DNA of 24,000 nt. Source: an uncultured Chthoniobacterales bacterium. GTDB taxonomy: Bacteria; Verrucomicrobiota; Verrucomicrobiia; Chthoniobacterales; SZAS-18. The translations under genes were made by a program, and so were the position numbers. Under the pieces are notes generated by a model, which was not told where the DNA came from, ran no database searches, and saw only the letters and a program-made list of their open reading frames with translations. The stretch is taken from assembly GCA_964245965.1 (NCBI GenBank), contig CAXTOP010000008.1:52081-76080 (forward strand). The letters are read 5' to 3'. Below, piece by piece: positions 16,797 through 22,479 of the stretch (positions within the stretch are counted from its first letter, which is position 1; each line of letters opens with the position of its first letter).

Positions 16797-17181
16797 CGCG
16801 GTGGCGGCCTCACGGTCGGCGGGAGTAAGGGAATGAAATGTTCCGAAGATTGCAGAGGATTCGTGTCGGTCGGTTTTGCTGAGTAGGTTGGGGTTGGGTT
16901 GGCGTGCGGCCCGCCTCGTGGTGGAAGCCGGGCAAAACAAGGCTGGTGCCATCGACTTCCACGCTGCTCTTCGCGGTTTCACGCCGGAGCACCAAGGCCT
17001 TTGCTCAAGGCAAATCGGCGGCGTTGCGCGAGACGAGCCCGAGGAAAAAATCGTTCTCCACGCCAATCGAAGGCCGCAAATTGATCGGTTCATACCTCAT
17101 CATCCGGTGGACGTCTCGAAAACGAATCGATGGATGGAACGGCGCGGCTTGGCCTGTAATGAAGCCTTCCGGGCGCTTCGC

Positions 17182-17946
17182 TCAGTTCCTGCTCGCCGCA
17201 CGCGCATCGTTTAGTTGCTTGAACAGTTCAGGCAAGACGCCGTTGGCTTCCGCGAAACGAAACGAGCGCACTCGTTCAACACACAACTCATTCTGGCGAG
17301 GTGTCGCCTTTAAAATTTGCATCGTCTCCGCGATGAAGTCGGCCAGCGGCATCGCGTGTGGGTCGGCATCGTTTCCCGGGCCTTCCAGGTTGGTTTGCAC
17401 CTTGGGCGGGATCAGTTCCAGCACCTGAACCGACGAGCCTTGGAGCTGGTAGCGCAAGGACTGCGTGTAGGAATGCACCGCCGCTTTGGAGGCGCTGTAG
17501 CTTGGCGTCAGCGCCATCGGCACAAAGGCCAGTCCCGAGGAAACCGTCATCACCGCGGCACGCGCCTGCGCTTTCAGTTGCGGCAGCAGAGCCGCCGTCA
17601 GACGCATCGTCCCGAGAAGGTTGACGCTGAAGGTTTGCTCCGCGCCGTCGATGTCGCCGTCCTGCAAACGTTCCCACCGCATGATTCCCGCGCAGTGGAT
17701 GAGGACGTTCAACTTCGGGTACCTGGACCGGAGGATGTCGGCAAACCTCCGCACCGCGTCGCCGTTCCCCACGTCGAGAGTCTCCGGGCGCAGTCCCGGG
17801 ATGGATTGAACCGTCTCCTCAAGCTGAGCTTTTTGACGGCCGGCAATGATCACCTCATTGCCCAGCGCCAGGAAAGCTTCCGCGAGACCACGCCCGATCC
17901 CGGCGCTGCCGCCGGTGATCAAGATTGTATTGCCTGTCATTTGCAT
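17182..17946 (-). CDS. Short-chain dehydrogenase/reductase (DltE/COG3967-like)
   Basis: MQMTGNTILITGGSAGIGRGLAEAF (TGxxxGIG), NVLIHCAG, SSGLAF...YSASKAAVHSYTQSL (S...YxxxK). Confidence 0.85.
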   Translation of the reverse strand: MQMTGNTILITGGSAGIGRGLAEAFLALGNEVIIAGRQKAQLEETVQSIPGLRPETLDVGNGDAVRRFADILRSRYPKLNVLIHCAGIMRWERLQDGDIDGAEQTFSVNLLGTMRLTAALLPQLKAQARAAVMTVSSGLAFVPMALTPSYSASKAAVHSYTQSLRYQLQGSSVQVLELIPPKVQTNLEGPGNDADPHAMPLADFIAETMQILKATPRQNELCVERVRSFRFAEANGVLPELFKQLNDARAASRN

Positions 17947-18058
17947 GGTGTTTTCTTTTGATAGGTTGTGAACTGCTGCCGGGCAGCGTCGCTCCGAGTG
18001 ATGGCTTGTCCCGCGAAGGATCTGGCTTTGAACTCCGCAAATGGAACGTGGAACGGTG

Positions 18059-18787
18059 CTAGACGAAGCCGCCGTTTACCCGGATGACCTGCCCGTTGAT
18101 CCAGCCCGCTTCGGCGCTGGCCAGGAAGGCGACGACCGGGACGATGTCGCCGACTTCACCGATGCGGTTGAACGGAGTCTGCTTGCTGATTCCAGCGAGC
18201 ATCTCTTCCGACTTGCCCTTCAGGAAAAGAGGGGTTTTCACGGGACCAGGTGCGACGGCGTTGACGGAGATGTGGCGCGCACCCAGTTCGTTGGCCAACA
18301 CTTTGGTGAGGCCTTCCACCCCGGCCTTCGAGGCGATGTAGGGTCCATAAGCGGGGAAGTTCTTGCCGATGACGCTGCTAGAAAAAACGATCAAGCGTCC
18401 TCCGTCGAGCAGATGGTTCGCCGCCTCGCTCATGACCAGGAAGCTTCCCCGGAGGTTGACCGCGATCACCTTGTCGAAAGCTTCGATGTCCCCTTTGGCG
18501 ATGGGAGCCAGCGGCATGATTCCGGCCGTATGCACGACGACCGAGATGGGACCAAAGGCCGAAGCGGCTTCCTTGAAGAGATGCTTGACGGCTGCCGGCT
18601 CGCTCAGGTCGGCGTTGACCGCGAGCGCCTTGCCGCCGCTGGCGGTGATGTTCCGGACGGCTTCGTCGGCCTTTTCAGCGGCACCCGAGTAATGCACGAT
18701 GACCGCGAAGCCATCCGCTCCGAGACGGGCGGCGATTCCCTGCCCGATCCCGCCTGATCCACCGGTGATGATTGCTGTTCCTGCCAT
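18059..18787 (-). CDS. Short-chain dehydrogenase/reductase (FabG-like)
   Basis: MAGTAIITGGSGGIGQGIAARL..., VVHTAG, SSSV...YIASKAGVEGLTKVLANEL, GQVIRVNGGFV. ATG 18787 is preceded by GGAAGAAAGGAAAAA, so it is preferred over track start 18862. Confidence 0.85.
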   Translation of the reverse strand: MAGTAIITGGSGGIGQGIAARLGADGFAVIVHYSGAAEKADEAVRNITASGGKALAVNADLSEPAAVKHLFKEAASAFGPISVVVHTAGIMPLAPIAKGDIEAFDKVIAVNLRGSFLVMSEAANHLLDGGRLIVFSSSVIGKNFPAYGPYIASKAGVEGLTKVLANELGARHISVNAVAPGPVKTPLFLKGKSEEMLAGISKQTPFNRIGEVGDIVPVVAFLASAEAGWINGQVIRVNGGFV

Positions 18788-18864
18788 GAGTTTTTCCTTT
18801 CTTCCTGTCGTTTGGTTGTTTGCTGTCTGGAGAAGTTTTACTCCCCACTCAACCATCAGCAAAA

Positions 18865-18890
18865 TGCAAAGTGCTTATAAGCGATATGCA
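18865..18890. promoter_or_regulatory. Candidate LysR-type binding site (interrupted palindrome) in the divergent LysR/SDR intergenic region
   Basis: TGCA-AAGT-GCTTAT|ATAAGC-GATA-TGCA. The core GCTTATAAGC is a perfect palindrome, the outer TGCA arms are symmetric, and it fits a T-N11-A-type pattern. Located between SDR start 18787 and LysR start 18935. Confidence 0.4.
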
Positions 18891-18934
18891 TTGCAATCAT
18901 ACCTGGACAGGCTTACGTGGTGCCTACTTCAGCG

Positions 18935-19882
18935 ATGGCTATCCCTCTTGAACAATTGCAGCAGGCGAACCTCAACCTGCTCGTTTACTTCGTTGTCCTG
19001 GTCGAGGAGCGGAGCGTTTCTCGGGCTGCGGCACGCCTGCGGCTAACCCAGCCTGCGGTCAGCCGGGCGTTGCAACGGCTGCGCGAGATGTTTCACGACG
19101 AGTTGCTCGTGCGGGTGGCCAAAGGCTATCAGCCGACCGTGCGGGGGCAAGATTTGCTGCAGGAACTGGCCGTTGTTCTGCCGCACATCAACAAGCTGAT
19201 CACCGGCAAAGCCTTTGATCCTTCCACGGAGGAAGCGACGTTCAAGATCGCCGCGGCCGACAGTCTCCTGCATCTCTACGGACCCGTTTTCACGGGCAGG
19301 CACGCGCTGACACCCAACATCTCGTTCCGCTTCTTGAGCTACAAGGAGGATCGCTACACGGACCTGGAAACGAACGGCCGGGACTTGGTCCTCGACGCCG
19401 ATTTCAGGACTCTGGGTCCCGCCCTGCGCAAGGAGAAACTGTTCGAGGATGAGTTCGTCTGCGCGGTCGCCAAAGAGAGCCCGCACCGGCGGAAGCTTTC
19501 CCTGGCGCAGTACCTCGACGCGGAGCACGTCTCCGTGACCATCCTGGATGATCGGCAAGCGGTTCCCGACCTCGCGCTCGCCAAACTCGGAGTCAGCCGG
19601 AAGTGTACGTTCAGCGTGCCTTACTTCGAGGTCGCGTTGCGCATGGTGTCGCGGTCAAACCTGATCGCCACCCTCCCCGGAAGCTTGGCCACCACTCTGA
19701 TCAACCCGGAGACGACGCGGCTGGTGCGACCGCCCAAGGAACTGGAGGGGTATCGCTACATCATGGTCTGGCACAAACGCCAGGAACTCGACGTTCACCA
19801 CGTCTGGCTGCGCCAGGCGTTCCGGGACGCCACGCAGGACGTGCTCGCGTTGCTCCGCGGAAAGCGGAAGTCATCGGCCTGA
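18935..19882 (+). CDS. LysR-family transcriptional regulator
   Basis: MAIPLEQLQQANLNLLVYFVVLVEERSVSRAAARLRLTQPAVSRALQRLREMFHDELLVR is a LysR HTH followed by a substrate-binding domain. Divergent from the SDR operon. The GTG at 18917 is an alternative start. Confidence 0.85.
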   Translation: MAIPLEQLQQANLNLLVYFVVLVEERSVSRAAARLRLTQPAVSRALQRLREMFHDELLVRVAKGYQPTVRGQDLLQELAVVLPHINKLITGKAFDPSTEEATFKIAAADSLLHLYGPVFTGRHALTPNISFRFLSYKEDRYTDLETNGRDLVLDADFRTLGPALRKEKLFEDEFVCAVAKESPHRRKLSLAQYLDAEHVSVTILDDRQAVPDLALAKLGVSRKCTFSVPYFEVALRMVSRSNLIATLPGSLATTLINPETTRLVRPPKELEGYRYIMVWHKRQELDVHHVWLRQAFRDATQDVLALLRGKRKSSA

Positions 19883-20038
19883 ACCTGGCGCAGCCGCGTT
19901 GCACAAGGCGCGGGAAGGCTCCGGCCCCTTGAACCGTTGGCCACCCATCCTTGGAGCGCAATTCTTTCCTTTTCCTGAGAGGACTCTTCTATCGGTGCGG
20001 CCACGGCGTTGGTTGACAGCGTACACCAGCCTGGCGAA

Positions 20039-20055
20039 GGTTGACGCTGTCAACC
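20039..20055. promoter_or_regulatory. Candidate TetR operator: 17-bp palindrome GGTTGAC-GCT-GTCAACC, 15 nt upstream of the SDR-TetR operon start
   Basis: Perfect 7-bp arms at 20039..20045 and 20049..20055. An additional GGTTGAC half-site lies at 20011..20017, and GGTTGACAGCG (20011..20021) is the exact reverse complement of CGCTGTCAACC (20045..20055). Confidence 0.45.
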
Positions 20056-20069
20056 TAAAGGAAATCATC

Positions 20070-21038
20070 ATGCCAACCACTCTTATCACCGGCGGTCATG
20101 CCGGCATCGGCTTCGAATGCGCCAAACAGCTTGCCTCTCAATCGCGTCACCACCTGGTCCTCGCCGGGCGCAGCCCGGAGCGGATGGAGGCCGCGGCCCA
20201 GCAGCTCCGGACGGCCTACGGCGTCCAGGTCACCACCCTGCCGCTCGACACCTCTTCGCTGGCCTCGGTCCGGGAGGCCGCCGCCCGGTTCCGTGCGATG
20301 CTTGACCGCGGCGAAATTGACTCTTTCCAAGCGCTCTTGTGCAACGCCGGCGGCAGACACAATGGGCCGCTCTCCTACAGCCCCGAGGGCTACGAGACCA
20401 CGTTCGCGACCAATTGCCTGGGGCATTTCCTGCTGGTCGAACTGCTTACGAATCGGTTGGCGGACCACGGACGGATCGTGTTCACCGCGAGCGGCACGCA
20501 CGATCCCGACACCACGGACGGAAAGATGGTCGGCCTCGTGGCGGAGCCGGACGCGCTTGCCCTGGCCAACGATGGAAAAGACGGCCGGAAGCCGCTCTCC
20601 GCGGGCAAGCGCTACTCGACCTCCAAGCTCTGCACGATTCTTTACGCGTATGAACTGCACCGCCGGTTACGGCGCTCCGGCAATTTGATCGCGTCGATTG
20701 CCTTCGACCCCGGGTCCATCCCCGAGACCGGGCTGCTGCGCACGATGCCAAAGCCGGTGCAGGTGCTGGCGAAAACCCGCTTCATGAAGTGGGTCATGAA
20801 GCGGGCGGGCGTCACGCAGAGCACGGTCAGCTTCTCGGGTGCCTCTCTTGCCAAGCTGGCTGCCGATCCCGCCTACGCGAATGGATCGGGCAAGTATTTC
20901 CAGTCGCAGGACGGCGCACTCCATGAGAGAAGATCTTCTAAACTGTCCTATGACGAAGCGCGCGCCCTGAAACTATGGAACGACTCCAAGACGCTCGTCC
21001 GGCTGCAGGGAAACGAAGAGTCCGTTCCGCTGCGGTGA
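20070..21038 (+). CDS. Short-chain dehydrogenase/reductase (retinol-dehydrogenase/WW-oxidoreductase-like extended type)
   Basis: MPTTLITGGHAGIGFECAKQLA..., LLCNAG, FTASGTH...YSTSKLCTILYAYEL. AAAGGAAA Shine-Dalgarno-like motif 7 nt upstream of ATG 20070. The track start 19899 is an extension. Confidence 0.8.
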   Translation: MPTTLITGGHAGIGFECAKQLASQSRHHLVLAGRSPERMEAAAQQLRTAYGVQVTTLPLDTSSLASVREAAARFRAMLDRGEIDSFQALLCNAGGRHNGPLSYSPEGYETTFATNCLGHFLLVELLTNRLADHGRIVFTASGTHDPDTTDGKMVGLVAEPDALALANDGKDGRKPLSAGKRYSTSKLCTILYAYELHRRLRRSGNLIASIAFDPGSIPETGLLRTMPKPVQVLAKTRFMKWVMKRAGVTQSTVSFSGASLAKLAADPAYANGSGKYFQSQDGALHERRSSKLSYDEARALKLWNDSKTLVRLQGNEESVPLR

Positions 21039-21670
21039 CCACCGGCCGAAGGCTGATCCTCGCGGCGGCAGCGTTGCTCGACCGCGGCGGCGAGGACGCC
21101 GTGACGCTGCGCGCGGTCGGCCACGCTGCCGGCCTCTCGCACAACGCTCCCTACAAGCATTTCGAGAGCCGGGATGCGTTGCTGGCTGCCGTCGCCGCCG
21201 CCGACTTTGCCATGCTGACGGAAGCTTTCCGGTCCGCCCGTCAGAGCGCCGCAGGACCTGCTGCGAAATTGATGAACGCGCTCCAGGTCGTCGTTGACTT
21301 CAGCGTCGAACATCCGGCCCGCTACCGGCTGCTCTTCAGCGACCCGGCGATTGCCGCGCAGAAGGGCGAGTTGGAGCGGAGCGCCTTCGCGGCTTTTGGC
21401 GAGTTTGTCGGGATCGTGGAGGAATGCCAGCTGGCGCAAGCCTTGCCGGACGTACCCGACACGACGCTCGCCGGGCTGTTGTTTGCGACAATGCACGGCC
21501 TGATCGCGCTGAAGGCGAGCGGCCGGATGCATCCCGAGAAGGGGTTGACCGGAGTGCGGAGCAGCCTCGAGTTGCTGATTGATCTCTTGTCGCCCCGACG
21601 CAAGGGGTCCGCCTCCGGAGATCAGGAAGCGGCCTCACCGGTTGGGCTGTCCCCCGAGCGCATGCGGTGA
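21035..21670 (+). CDS. TetR/AcrR-family transcriptional regulator
   Basis: TTGRRLILAAAALLDRGGEDAVTLRAVGHAAGLSHNAPYKHFESRDALLAAV is a TetR HTH. GTG 21035 overlaps the SDR stop (GTGA), suggesting coupling; ATG 20975 is the alternative. The last ~16 codons are antisense to an integrase remnant (see findings). Confidence 0.75.
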   Translation: MTTGRRLILAAAALLDRGGEDAVTLRAVGHAAGLSHNAPYKHFESRDALLAAVAAADFAMLTEAFRSARQSAAGPAAKLMNALQVVVDFSVEHPARYRLLFSDPAIAAQKGELERSAFAAFGEFVGIVEECQLAQALPDVPDTTLAGLLFATMHGLIALKASGRMHPEKGLTGVRSSLELLIDLLSPRRKGSASGDQEAASPVGLSPERMR

Positions 21671-21723
21671 CGGTCGTAGAGGCGGGTCGTGGCAACGTTC
21701 GCATGACCGTACTTGCGGTTGGC
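21622..21723 (-). pseudogene. C-terminal stub (~33 codons) of a tyrosine recombinase/integrase
   Basis: The minus strand reads ANRKYGHANVATTRLYDRHRMRSGDSPTGEAAS then stop (TGA, + strand 21622..21624). GHANxxTTxxYDR is the box II / catalytic-Tyr end of phage-type integrases. From memory, the tail resembles a subfamily ending ...YDRRxxRPEDSPTF.... There is no upstream integrase body; an in-frame stop lies at 21781..21783. Confidence 0.45.
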
Positions 21724-21881
21724 ACCAGGCGGAGGTTGGAAGCCGAAGCCGCTGGAGCGATTGCTATTTACAATAGTAGATTAACTAATAACACCATTTC
21801 TCTTGATTAGCCCAGCGTATTTAGTGCCTCTATGATGTAGGGGTAGCTGGCAAGCGAGCGCATCCGGGCGGGTTGGCTGGT

Positions 21882-22418
21882 TCAGGCCTGCAACTCGGTA
21901 TCCAGACGGGTGCGCAAAGCCGCCAGCGTACCAAAGAGGGTGTTGGAAGCGGCGCTTTTAAGTTCCTGCCACCAGCGCTCGATCGGGTTGAGTTCCGGGC
22001 AGTACGCCCGCAGGGAGAGGGAGGCGACCCGCTCGGGCCAGCACAGGGCCTTGGCGCGGTGCGGCCCGCTGTTGTCCAGCAGGAACACCTGCACCTCCTG
22101 CGGATCTTGCGCGTGGGCGGCGGCGAACGCATCGAGAAAGACCTGCAAGCAGCCGTGGTCGGTAGCGGGTAGTTCCAAGACGAAGCTCCTGCCGCTTTGG
22201 GGTTCCACGGCCCCGCACAGCCAGAAGCTTTTGAAATCCTGCTCAAAGGGGCACACCGGCTTGAGGCCCGGCAGGGTCAGGCGGCGGCGCTGGATGGTGT
22301 GCAGCCCAAGGCGGCTCTCGTCCTGTGCCCACAGGCCCACCCGCTGGTCGAGATGAGCGGCTTGGAGGGCGGCCAGCTCTTCCTTCAAGCCGCCAGGGTC
22401 ACGTCTAAATGCTTTGAC
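21882..22418 (-). mobile_element. IS630-family transposase remnant: DDE_3 catalytic domain only, N-terminal DNA-binding half missing, no Met start
   Basis: VKAFRRDPGGLKEELAALQAAHLDQRVGLWAQDESRLGLH...FWLCGAVEPQSGRSF...VQVFLLDNSGPHRAKAL...LSLRAYCPELNPIERWWQELK carries the D, D, E triad with the ELNPIE signature. Upstream of codon ~131 of track ORF 21882..22811 the frame is only CRISPR-repeat read-through. Confidence 0.7.
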
Positions 22419-22476
22419 ATTGCTGAGGAAGACCAAGGAAACACAAAAACAGATGTCAAAGAGTTTAGACGTGACC
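22397..22476. repeat. 24-bp inverted repeat (2 central mismatches, 32-nt loop) at the IS630-truncation / CRISPR-trailer boundary
   Basis: Left arm 22397..22420 is GGTCACGTCTAAATGCTTTGACAT. Right arm 22453..22476 is ATGTCAAAGAGTTTAGACGTGACC. The left arm encodes the first retained transposase codons (VKAFRRDP on the minus strand). The right arm ends 3 nt before the degenerate terminal CRISPR repeat. Confidence 0.65.
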
Positions 22477-22479
22477 CCA

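Noticed and set aside
16810-17103. Minus-strand ORF MMRYEPINLRPSIGVENDFFLGLVSRNAADLP-(TGA at 17002..17004)-AKALVLRRETAKSSVEVDGTSLVLPGFHHEAG... between the SDR and the hydrolase
   Set aside because: It is interrupted by an in-frame stop, I recognise no family, and its distal part is low-complexity and overlaps the hydrolase 5' region. It may be a decayed gene but cannot be supported.
21882-22418. Idea that the IS630-type DDE ORF next to the array is a CRISPR-associated (guided) transposase
   Set aside because: The ORF lacks its DNA-binding N-terminal half and any start codon. It sits at the leader-distal end and is flanked by other remnants. This is consistent with debris rather than a functional module.
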